Origin: Candidatus Cloacimonadales bacterium
Lineage (GTDB): Bacteria; Cloacimonadota; Cloacimonadia; Cloacimonadales; JAIOQZ01
Direction of reading: 5' to 3'
DNA length: 64,000 nucleotides
Assembly: GCA_963662655.2 (NCBI GenBank)
Contig: CAXXTU010000002.1
Span: forward strand, 2,176,001-2,240,000
The translations under genes were made by a program, and so were the position numbers. Of the stretch, positions 29,481-38,274 are shown one piece after another. A model generated the notes under the pieces. That model was not told where the DNA came from, searched no databases, and was given only the letters and a program-made list of their open reading frames with translations. Position 1 is the first letter of the stretch, and each line of letters begins with the position of its first letter.

Positions 29481-31205
29481 CTAATCCTCGAAATAAGGAT
29501 TCAGCTTTTCCACTTCCTCGCGCTGTAGAATCTCGTAGACCTCTTCCGGGGTTCGCGCATGGATAATCAGCTCTTTGATGTGTGAGTGATGCCCGAAGAT
29601 TTTCGCCACATTGGCAAGCACCTGCAAGTGGAGCTCATAGCGATCTTTCGGTGTAGCAATCAGGATAATGATATGCACCGGCTCGTCGTCGAGCGAATGG
29701 AAGTCGATACCCTTCTTGCAAATACCGATAACGCCCCGGATCGCGGGGCCGCCGTCGATAATCACATGCGGTATCGCGATATTTCCGCCGATACCGGTGG
29801 TGATTTCGTTCTCACGGGCAACCACGCCTTTCTTCAGCTCTTCCAGCGAGGCTTCCTTGATATTGTGCACCTTGTGCATGAACTCCGACATGCTGTCCAA
29901 CGCTTCCCACTTGTCCTTCGCATCGATGTCCAGGCGGATGTACTCTTCCTGCAGGAAATCCAGCAACCGAAGCCGGTTTTTCTGTGATTCACCCGCCTTG
30001 CTGATCGTCATTCCGGTGAGGATCGGTCCGAGGATTTCATAGAATATCACTGCGCTCAACACAATCGCCGAGAACACGGAAGCGTACGGCGCGAAGATCG
30101 GCGTATCGGTAATGATAAGCATTAAACCGATCGCGACACCCGCCAGCGGAAACATCGAGAGCCCGATCCACTTGCGAACGGTAATCGTCGAATCGGCAAA
30201 ATGCGAGCCCATCGTCGGCCCGATGAATTTCCCGATGAAGCGGGTCACGATGAGGATCAATCCGGCAAATCCGGCGATCTTCAGCGCGTGGAAATCAAGG
30301 TGCGTTCCCGCCAGAACGAAGAACGTGGCGAAGATGATTCCCTCCAGATCGTGGAACGCGGAGAAGAAGTCATCCCTGTATCGTGAATAGTTGGTGATAA
30401 TCATGCCCAGAATCAAGCTGGTCAGCAGACCCGAGAAGTGCAGCGTCTGCGATATCCCCACGGAGAGAACCAGTGCGAAAAGCACCATCGCGGGAAAAGA
30501 GAAAATGACCTTCTTCCGCTTCTCGGTGAGAAAGATGAGGGCAAAACCAACCGTTCCGCCGGTTATAAACGATTCGGACAAGTACAGAAAAGGCCGCAAC
30601 AACGTTTGCACGAGCGAAACGTCGCCGGGTTTCAAGCGACCAACCACATAGTAGTACAGCGTGTAGAACAACAGGATCACGACCACGTTGTTGAAAGCGA
30701 CCACCGCCAGGATGGTTTTGGTGAACATCCCCTTGGCTTTCTTCTCTTTCACCACGTGCAGAACGGAGCCCGGCGCAGTGGCGCAGGCAATCGCACTGAG
30801 CAAAAGTGAAATCTCCATAGGCAGTCCGGCGAAATGATGCAATCCGAAATATACCAGAGGCGCTGTTACCAGAATATCCATGAAGGTGATCCAGGTGATC
30901 CGCTTCCCGGCATTGTGCAGCTTGCGGAAATCGAGGTGACTACCGATCGTCAAGCCGATCAGTCCCAAAACGAAATGTGTGATCGGCGAAAATGCCTCGT
31001 ACGCTGATTCCGTGAAGATATTCAGCACATAAGGTCCTAAAAGTACACCGCCGATAATGCTGCCGGTCACTGTGGGAAGCCGGAACTTCTTCGCGAGGTT
31101 TCCCACAACGATTCCGGTGAGTATCAACACCGAGAGCACCAGCAACGCGTTTGCGTTAGCAATCAGTGAAGTATCATGCTGAATCCAGGCAAGAACATGA
31201 TTCAT
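29481..31205 (-). CDS. Cation:proton antiporter fused to a C-terminal PTS EIIA (Ntr/Fru-type) domain
   Basis: About 12 TM with 'LPTVTG.IIGG.LLGP' and 'FFVLAG'. C-terminal 'RE..TTGIG..IAIPH' phospho-His motif. Confidence 0.88.
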   Translation of the reverse strand: MNHVLAWIQHDTSLIANANALLVLSVLILTGIVVGNLAKKFRLPTVTGSIIGGVLLGPYVLNIFTESAYEAFSPITHFVLGLIGLTIGSHLDFRKLHNAGKRITWITFMDILVTAPLVYFGLHHFAGLPMEISLLLSAIACATAPGSVLHVVKEKKAKGMFTKTILAVVAFNNVVVILLFYTLYYYVVGRLKPGDVSLVQTLLRPFLYLSESFITGGTVGFALIFLTEKRKKVIFSFPAMVLFALVLSVGISQTLHFSGLLTSLILGMIITNYSRYRDDFFSAFHDLEGIIFATFFVLAGTHLDFHALKIAGFAGLILIVTRFIGKFIGPTMGSHFADSTITVRKWIGLSMFPLAGVAIGLMLIITDTPIFAPYASVFSAIVLSAVIFYEILGPILTGMTISKAGESQKNRLRLLDFLQEEYIRLDIDAKDKWEALDSMSEFMHKVHNIKEASLEELKKGVVARENEITTGIGGNIAIPHVIIDGGPAIRGVIGICKKGIDFHSLDDEPVHIIILIATPKDRYELHLQVLANVAKIFGHHSHIKELIIHARTPEEVYEILQREEVEKLNPYFED

Positions 31206-31207
31206 TG

Positions 31208-32521
31208 TTACTGTCCGTTATTCTCTTCGATAAGATGCCCTTTCAAAGTCCACCCGACGGCATCGACGATTTTCACTTTCACAAAGGTTCCAATCTGCGA
31301 TGGATCACCCCTGAATACAACGATTTTGAAATCTCGCGTCTTACCGGAAATCTCCTTGGTCGAGTGCTTGCTCACCTTCTCGACATAGACTTCCACTTCA
31401 CGCCCGATCTGCTCGCGGTATTTCTTCAGCGTGATCTCGCCTTGTAGCTCGATCATCCGGTTCAGGCGTTCCAGCCGAACAGATTCGTCCACCTGATCCG
31501 GCATCTCCGCTGCAGGTGTCCCTTCGCGAGGGGAATACTTGAACATGAAAGCGAAATCGAATTCTACTTCACGCATCATGCGGAGCGTATCCTCGAATGC
31601 CTCCTCCGTTTCTCCCGGGAAACCGGTCATGATGTCCGTGGTTACGGCTATATCCGGGACTTGCGCTTTGAGCTTCTTGATCAGGTTTAGGTAGTGTTCC
31701 GAAGTATAACCCCGATTCATGCGATTTAGAACCTCATCGTTGCCGGCTTGCATGGGCAGGTGAATGTGCTTGCACACCTTCTCACAATTGGCAATCGCCT
31801 CGATGAGCTCATCGGAAAGGTCCTTCGGATGCGACGTAACGAAGCGCAGGCGCTCGATTTCCTCAACGTCGTTCAATCGCCAAAGCAGCATGGGGAAGTT
31901 GATATCCCGCCAGTTGTATGAATTGACGTTTTGACCCAGCAGGGTCACATCCTTGAATCCATCTTTACCAGCCTGGATCACCTCGTTGATGATCGCCTGC
32001 GTATTGCGGCTTCTTTCCCTGCCCCGAACGTGCGGTACGATGCAATAGGAACAGAAGTTGTCGCAACCGCGCATGATCGTAACAAAAGCGTTGTTATGAC
32101 CACCGCGTACCGGAATCATGTTCTCGTAGTTCTCGGATTCGTGGAAGTCAGTGTTCACCCGCACGCCATAGTTTCCGAGCATGCGGATCATGATCGGCAG
32201 CATTCGATACTGGTCAACGCCGGCGACGAGATCGAGGCCGGGAATCATTTCCAGAAGCTTGTCTCCATGCCGCTGCGCCACGCATCCGATCATGATGAAG
32301 ATCAGGTTGGGATTCTCCCTCTTGCGCGCAAGTTCACTGGTGAGGCGACCGATCACACGGTCTTCGGCGTGTTGCCGGACCGTACATGTATTGAAGATTA
32401 TGATATCGGCGTGATGAATTGAACTGACAGGCCTGAAGCCTTCCCGTTTCAGGATGCCGCTAACGGTCTCCGAATCGGCCACATTCATCTGACAGCCATA
32501 AGTTTCGATAAAGTAATTCAA
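31208..32521 (-). CDS. miaB: tRNA-2-methylthio-N6-dimethylallyladenosine synthase MiaB
   Basis: TYGCQMN..DSE, NTC.VR, GCDNFCSYC and C-terminal TRAM domain. Confidence 0.95.
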   Translation of the reverse strand: MNYFIETYGCQMNVADSETVSGILKREGFRPVSSIHHADIIIFNTCTVRQHAEDRVIGRLTSELARKRENPNLIFIMIGCVAQRHGDKLLEMIPGLDLVAGVDQYRMLPIMIRMLGNYGVRVNTDFHESENYENMIPVRGGHNNAFVTIMRGCDNFCSYCIVPHVRGRERSRNTQAIINEVIQAGKDGFKDVTLLGQNVNSYNWRDINFPMLLWRLNDVEEIERLRFVTSHPKDLSDELIEAIANCEKVCKHIHLPMQAGNDEVLNRMNRGYTSEHYLNLIKKLKAQVPDIAVTTDIMTGFPGETEEAFEDTLRMMREVEFDFAFMFKYSPREGTPAAEMPDQVDESVRLERLNRMIELQGEITLKKYREQIGREVEVYVEKVSKHSTKEISGKTRDFKIVVFRGDPSQIGTFVKVKIVDAVGWTLKGHLIEENNGQ

Positions 32522-32672
32522 AGCGATTCCTTCTTCCGTATATTTCCATTATAGATAGAACGAGAAACAAGCCTGAAAAGGAATTTGTCAATCAAATCCA
32601 ACGATTTCTTTTGACATCGAACAATACATGATAAAAATCGATAGATAATAATGATTCATGCAAGGAAACCAA

Positions 32673-33260
32673 ATGGACACAAGAAGAAGACCTAATCAAG
32701 GCCTGAAGAAGCCCAAACGCTCCAACAGCAAGTATGCTTGGATATCCATATCCGCGATGGTCGTTTTTTTGGCGATCATGACGGTATTGTATATGAGATT
32801 GACCGCGAAGACGAAAGTAGAGCAGGAACCGCAGGATGCGAAAAAGTATTCGGTGCATACAGCGCCAGAAATTCAGTTCAGGAAAGACGGTACGCTACAG
32901 TTCAAGAATGACGAAGGTTTTGTAAAATCCGAGATCGAGATCGAAATTGTCTCAACCGAGATTTCTCGCATGAGAGGCTTGATGTTTCGTAAAGAGATGC
33001 AGGAGAATCGAGGGATGCTTTTCATCTTCCCATCCGAAGACGAGCGTTCATTCTGGATGAAGAACACCATTATTCCGCTCGACATCATCTTCACGGATAA
33101 CGGGGGCAAAATCGTTTATATCGCACGCAATACCACACCCTTCAGCGAAGAGATGATCCCCTGCCCGGATCCGGCGATCTTCGTGGTTGAGGTCAACGCA
33201 GGATTTGCGGAGCGAAACGATATCAAAGCCGGAGACTTCATTTCCTGGGTGGAAGAATAA
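32673..33260 (+). CDS. DUF192 domain membrane-anchored protein
   Basis: 'RGLMFR', 'GMLFIF', 'FWMKNT.IPLDIIF' and 'VVEVNAG' motifs. Confidence 0.9.
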   Translation: MDTRRRPNQGLKKPKRSNSKYAWISISAMVVFLAIMTVLYMRLTAKTKVEQEPQDAKKYSVHTAPEIQFRKDGTLQFKNDEGFVKSEIEIEIVSTEISRMRGLMFRKEMQENRGMLFIFPSEDERSFWMKNTIIPLDIIFTDNGGKIVYIARNTTPFSEEMIPCPDPAIFVVEVNAGFAERNDIKAGDFISWVEE

Positions 33261-33285
33261 AAAAAAGCCCGGCATAACCGGGCTT
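33259..33285. terminator. Bidirectional terminator between convergent genes
   Basis: A8-GCCCGG-cataa-CCGGGC-TT. Confidence 0.7.
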
Positions 33286-33305
33286 GCAAATCAGTAAGAA
33301 AACCT

Positions 33306-33800
33306 TTATTCATCAAGAAATTCTTTGATCGATTCCACTTGCTCTTGCAGATCCTTAATTCCATTTCTTGCAACGGTCAATTCCAGACGAATCGTGTCCT
33401 GATAATTCAAGAAGCTTCCTGAACCTGCTACAGGAACAAACCAGCTATAGCGATATGTTTGCAGATAGGCAGGATAGGAAAATCCCTTTTGAAGAAGCGT
33501 TATCGGCTGAATTCCCTCAAAGCCTTCCGGTGGATTCAATCGCTCGTATTTTATCTTGATTTCATCGCCTTCTTTCACATCGATTGCAGTGCGATATACT
33601 TTATCGACTCGCGCTACAACATCGACATTGCAATATTCACCAGGCTCACAGTCTTCAGCCTTCACGGAAATGACGGTGATATCATACTTTTCTGGAGCAA
33701 TATCCTGCGCTTCAAGAAATTGCATGGGCGGTATTTCTGCGGTTAACGCACCGATTGCTACGATCATCAACAACATGCAGGTCCAGATTCTCAGGCTCAT
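33306..33800 (-). CDS. Exported hypothetical protein with a C-terminal coiled coil
   Basis: AGGAGG RBS, signal peptide and upstream TTGACG-16-TATTTT promoter. Confidence 0.7.
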   Translation of the reverse strand: MSLRIWTCMLLMIVAIGALTAEIPPMQFLEAQDIAPEKYDITVISVKAEDCEPGEYCNVDVVARVDKVYRTAIDVKEGDEIKIKYERLNPPEGFEGIQPITLLQKGFSYPAYLQTYRYSWFVPVAGSGSFLNYQDTIRLELTVARNGIKDLQEQVESIKEFLDE

Positions 33801-33921
33801 AAATCCTCCTATAACAAACATTCATTAATAAAATACCCCCATCCGTTCTGTCGTCAAGCAAATAATTCAACTTTTCAGTATTTATCGGATTTACGACTCA
33901 CTCGTGATGGATTTTCCGCCA

Positions 33922-34141
33922 GTCCGGAGCGCTTTGCACGTTCCGCGGCGGGACGGTGCATGCGCTAAGCTTCTGCGCTCGGAAGTCTCAATATAATGTG
34001 GTCTTCCACGTTGAAAAGAGAGACAGGGCATAGATGCCAAGCCGGTAAGCCACTTGCATTACAGCGAAGCATTCTGGGCCGCTCGACCCCCCAGACGGGT
34101 AGCACCCCGTTTTCAACGGGAATGAACCCGTCTGTGGGGTC
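33922..34141 (+). repeat. Degenerate copy of the structured intergenic element, plus an adjoining long hairpin
   Basis: Left-arm-like GCGGCGGGACGGTG (33945-33958), termini GTC..GAGCG / CGCTCGAC (ending 34087), internal hairpins and hairpin GACCCC..CAGACGGGT/ACCCGTCTG..GGGGTC (34085-34141). Confidence 0.45.
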
Positions 34142-35348
34142 AACCGACGCCAGACTGTCTCCGCTTCGCAGACAGTTTCAGCGTCTTATAATCAAGGATG
34201 CCGTGATTGAGAATGATGTCTTGCAGGAATGATGTCAGCTTCCTGTTTCCAAGAAGCTTCATCAGCTCATCGCTTTCAGCAAGATAAATTAGCTTTCTTT
34301 CAAGCTCCAATTGCGTTGCTTTACGCTTGCGATAGAGGTATCGTTTTTCTTCATCCAGCCAGGAAGCGTAACGCTTGAACGCGAGTTTCAGTCGCTGTAC
34401 GTTGATGCCCCTCACTTTAAACAGTTCGATCATGTGTGATAGTAGAACGTAGACCGAATCGTACGCAGGCATCATGTCACGGTAAACTTGGTGGGGGATC
34501 ATATTCGGGAAGCTGAATTGGGTTGACAGGCTGTTCATCCTGCCGTAAATAATGGATGCTTGGGATTTTACCATGTTACCGGAAGCCCTTTCTTCCTTGT
34601 ATAGATTTCGGTAGGCTTCGACAAGATGAGGGTAGTGAGTCTTGACAACGCTCATGTAACAATCTTTCTGGACTCCGGGACGTAGCGTCAGGCCGGAGGA
34701 CAGGACGAAATCGACGTCGAGCTCTTGCATTTTCGTGTAGAAATCAATCAGGTTATCTTCCGTGTCGCTGATGTGTGGGAGAAAGGGCATAGCGCTTATT
34801 CCTACAACGCAACCAGCTTCCTTGAATGTCTGGATCATTCTGACGCGGTCTTCGACGCTGGATGCGTTTGGCTCGAAGTGCTGCCGAATCCGATCGTCCA
34901 GCGTGGTCAACGAGACCATCAGAATGAACCTGCTCTGCTCGTTTACGCGCCTCCAGTTGTCGAGGTCGCGTATTGCAAGGGCAGATTTAGTCATTACGGC
35001 TACGGGGTGATTGTATTCCGCCAGCAATTTGGATGCCTTCGACATGAGGCGGCATTGTTCCTCGATCGGCTGATAGGGGTCCGTCACGCCACTGCTGAGG
35101 AAGAGAATCCCGCGCTCTTTCAGCTTTGGAAGCTCAATCTCAAGCCTCTCGACGAAGTTGGTACGGACGACGATGTCTCTCTCGAAGTCGCCCTCCACGT
35201 AATACTTCTCTGCTCTGCCGTCGCAATACATGCAGGCGTGCTGGCAGGCCCGGTAGGGCGCGCACGAATGCTTAATGAGAAAATATGTGTCGATGGTTCG
35301 ACTACGCCGAAGAAGATTCTTTACTTCACAGTATCTCGGATTGATCAT
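34140..35348 (-). CDS. Radical SAM protein (SplB/Rv2578c-like family)
   Basis: 'PYRACQHACMYC' (CxxxCxxC), 'TDPYQPIE', 'TKS..RDLD' and 'FEP.AS' motifs. Confidence 0.88.
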   Translation of the reverse strand: MINPRYCEVKNLLRRSRTIDTYFLIKHSCAPYRACQHACMYCDGRAEKYYVEGDFERDIVVRTNFVERLEIELPKLKERGILFLSSGVTDPYQPIEEQCRLMSKASKLLAEYNHPVAVMTKSALAIRDLDNWRRVNEQSRFILMVSLTTLDDRIRQHFEPNASSVEDRVRMIQTFKEAGCVVGISAMPFLPHISDTEDNLIDFYTKMQELDVDFVLSSGLTLRPGVQKDCYMSVVKTHYPHLVEAYRNLYKEERASGNMVKSQASIIYGRMNSLSTQFSFPNMIPHQVYRDMMPAYDSVYVLLSHMIELFKVRGINVQRLKLAFKRYASWLDEEKRYLYRKRKATQLELERKLIYLAESDELMKLLGNRKLTSFLQDIILNHGILDYKTLKLSAKRRQSGVG

Positions 35349-35354
35349 GCGACT

Positions 35355-36452
35355 CTATTCGATTCCCATGTACTCCAACGCATGATTGAAGGTGTCTGGA
35401 TTGATTTGGTGGCCGCCGTCAAAGGTGTCTAGTCTGTGATCGATAGCATGTTTCTCGAGCGCTTCTGCCGCCTTATAGGCTGATTCGACCGATATGACAT
35501 TGTCATGTTCACCGTGGCCGATGAATACACGCAGGTTTTTGGCATCGGGTAGATGCGACTCAACAATGTCCATGAACATCTCGCCACCAAAACTGATAAG
35601 TCCCGTAAACCGTTCGGGATGGGTGATTCCGGTCACGTAGGTCAGAATGCAACCTTGCGAGAATCCCATGAGGAATACTTGATTGATGGCGTATTTCGTC
35701 CTCACTTCATCGAGAACATTCAGAACATGGTCTATTGAAAGCTCGGTGGACCGCAAAAATGATTCATCGTTATCACTCAAACCCCACAGAGACCAGCTAT
35801 AGCCTATTTTCTCACCAACCTTAAGCGGGTATGGGGCTTCCGGAACCACATAAATTACCTGCCTGTTTCTCAGAAGATTCCAGAGCTTCGCGAAGCCGGC
35901 AATATCACCACCATAACCGTGCAGTCCGATTATCAATGGATATTGCCTTTCTGCTGAATAGCCTTCAGGAAGAAAAACCTGATACTCCAGGAGACTGGAT
36001 GCCTCAAGATAGGATTTCTGTCCCGTGAGTGGTTTCTTCTGATTATCCCAGGTTTGTAGAGAATCCATAATGGCTGCAAATTTCTCACTCTCTCGCACCT
36101 TCTCGAAATCCGGGTCGTTTTTGATATGCTGAATATTGCGGAATCCCGCCATATATGCTTTTTCAAGATAGATCGACGCGAGTTCTCCATTCCCCATCAG
36201 ACCAAAGCAGCATGCCAGGTTGTAAAGAGAATTATCGTCTTCGATATTGTATTTCAATGCCGCAAGGTAACAAGCGGCGGATTTATCATATTGTCCGGCC
36301 TGGTAGGCTTGATGAGCTTCCAGCCTTAAGCTGTCGATGTTCACATTGAATATCTCCGCGTTGCCGATATCGAATGGATCGGGAAGCGGCTGTGCCGCAA
36401 GTGAACAGAACGCAACGATCATCATGACTAAAAGAATAGTGGTTACTCTCAT
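35355..36452 (-). CDS. Exported TPR + alpha/beta-hydrolase (phospholipase/carboxylesterase)
   Basis: Signal peptide, 'YNLACC..DPDF' TPR end, LHGYG, GFSQG nucleophile elbow, HG..D and GGH catalytic residues. Confidence 0.88.
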   Translation of the reverse strand: MRVTTILLVMMIVAFCSLAAQPLPDPFDIGNAEIFNVNIDSLRLEAHQAYQAGQYDKSAACYLAALKYNIEDDNSLYNLACCFGLMGNGELASIYLEKAYMAGFRNIQHIKNDPDFEKVRESEKFAAIMDSLQTWDNQKKPLTGQKSYLEASSLLEYQVFLPEGYSAERQYPLIIGLHGYGGDIAGFAKLWNLLRNRQVIYVVPEAPYPLKVGEKIGYSWSLWGLSDNDESFLRSTELSIDHVLNVLDEVRTKYAINQVFLMGFSQGCILTYVTGITHPERFTGLISFGGEMFMDIVESHLPDAKNLRVFIGHGEHDNVISVESAYKAAEALEKHAIDHRLDTFDGGHQINPDTFNHALEYMGIE

Positions 36453-36692
36453 GGGCTCTCCTTTTTCTTTGATCCTATCAAGCGGGGTGAAATGTCAATA
36501 AAAAAAAGGAAAGCAAACAGTATCTACAGCCGCAAAAGAAGAATCGACAGGATACGCTTATCGGGGTGCTCCGATCCCAGTTAAGCTTAAACGGTTTTTG
36601 TTTGAAATGCCAAAAATCATTTGCCTGTTTTTTCCTTGACAAACAACCAGAAAGTGCAAAATAAGCGTATATCTTAACAAAGGAGTCAAACC

Positions 36693-36863
36693 ATGGCAGT
36701 GAAAGTTGACCTTGGAAAGTGCATTGGGTGCGGTGCTTGCATCGATACATGCCCCGTAAGCGCGCTTGAAATGGATGGCGATAAAGTTAAAGTCGACGAA
36801 GATACTTGCGTTGATTGTGGCGCATGCGTCGATGGATGTCCAGTAGAAGCTTTAGCTTTGTAA
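36693..36863 (+). CDS. 2[4Fe-4S] clostridial-type ferredoxin (56 aa; missed by the ORF track)
   Basis: [21 protein letters not shown]...[27 protein letters not shown], upstream TTGACA and downstream terminator. Confidence 0.95.
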   Translation: MAVKVDLGKCIGCGACIDTCPVSALEMDGDKVKVDEDTCVDCGACVDGCPVEALAL

Positions 36864-36880
36864 TTTAAAACACTTTTCTT

Positions 36881-36910
36881 AAGGCAGGGCATTTGCTCTG
36901 CCTTTTTTTT
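36881..36910 (+). terminator. Rho-independent terminator after the ferredoxin gene
   Basis: AAGGCAGGGC-attt-GCTCTGCCTT followed by a T run. Confidence 0.75.
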
Positions 36911-37068
36911 GTGAAATCCCCGCCAATTCATACGATTTTCCGATTGAAGAATCCCCCATGAATCGTCAAAGCGGAAATGGTAATACAACGCTGGTTTACC
37001 GGTTTGGCATTTTCGCCCGATCGCGCGCTCCTTGCGTAGGCGGCAGGTTATCGGACGCGATTCCTTTC

Positions 37069-38274
37069 TTATTCGCCCATCATCTTCAGCAGCTCAGAGT
37101 ATAGTGATTCCAGGCCTTTGCGTTTCGCATCATTGATCGAGTGTTGCGAGTATGCCTCGATCTCTTTGGGCGTCCATCGCCGTAAGATTTTCCCATTCTT
37201 CTCGCGTAATGTGAACTCGCCTTGCACCGTTACCCAGAATCCCGGGAACTCGCTACGTTTTAAGGGGTCTCCCTCGACCACTCCCCGCGGGAATTCAGTT
37301 TCACGAACATCGATGTCGAGGCAATGCGTCGCTTCATCCAGATTTGATGCCGGCAGGAATCCCTGACTGTAACAGCTGGTCTTGATCGCTTCGAGAACGT
37401 CCTTTTCGGGGGAGATGAACAGCCGGGCGGAGGCGAGTCTTTCGACCTCGAACAAACCTGATATGCCGGATATGTTCTTCTCAATAATTTCCTTGGCCAA
37501 CGTGGGGAAGGGGCTGAAATCAATCTTCCAGCCAACCCGGTAAGAATTCTTCGTATCGGGCTCGAAGAGCGAAACATCACCGTTCAGGTCGGATGTTATC
37601 TTCTTTCCGTTAACAGTGAACCGTATTCCCTGCATCGGGATATTGCGCCCGTCCTCAGAACGATAGTAAATACGCAGCTTTCCGTCAAGCGGTTCCCCCT
37701 CGGGCAGTGCAATGGAACGAGGCTCCGTTATGGCAACGCGATGAAGGAACGCCGCCATCGTCTCAACCATTTTGGCCAGGGTAGAATCCGTGGGTGACGC
37801 AGGCAGGGGAATCGAGACCGCGGCGCTCAAAGCTTGGAGATACTCGTTCAGGGCAGTTGTGGGATTTACGATGCCTTTCCGACCTTGCCGGAAGTGGATT
37901 GATACATCCTTGATCATTGGTTGGGAAATCTGTTGCAAGGCCATCTCCACATCATTCCGGTTGACAGACAATACGGCATTGTCCCGATCGCCGGGATGAT
38001 AGAACTTGTGGGGCAGCGAGTCGATAAAATGTTTGGGAAGAATGATATTCGGCTCGACCTGTATCGGGATCAACAGAGGATACAGGTTTTGCGAACAAAG
38101 CAATCGAATGTGCATGAGCATGAAACTGCGCGCATACTCGAATTGGATTGCCGGATTACGTTCGTGAATTGTTACCCGTATCGAATCGGGCGTTGAAAGG
38201 TTCTCATAGAGCTCCATCGCGATGACGTTCATGCACAAAGCGAGAATGAGCAAGATGAGAGTCAGTCTTCTCAT
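37069..38274 (-). CDS. Exported hypothetical protein
   Basis: 401-aa ORF with signal peptide; ATGA overlap with the FHA gene. Confidence 0.7.
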   Translation of the reverse strand: MRRLTLILLILALCMNVIAMELYENLSTPDSIRVTIHERNPAIQFEYARSFMLMHIRLLCSQNLYPLLIPIQVEPNIILPKHFIDSLPHKFYHPGDRDNAVLSVNRNDVEMALQQISQPMIKDVSIHFRQGRKGIVNPTTALNEYLQALSAAVSIPLPASPTDSTLAKMVETMAAFLHRVAITEPRSIALPEGEPLDGKLRIYYRSEDGRNIPMQGIRFTVNGKKITSDLNGDVSLFEPDTKNSYRVGWKIDFSPFPTLAKEIIEKNISGISGLFEVERLASARLFISPEKDVLEAIKTSCYSQGFLPASNLDEATHCLDIDVRETEFPRGVVEGDPLKRSEFPGFWVTVQGEFTLREKNGKILRRWTPKEIEAYSQHSINDAKRKGLESLYSELLKMMGE

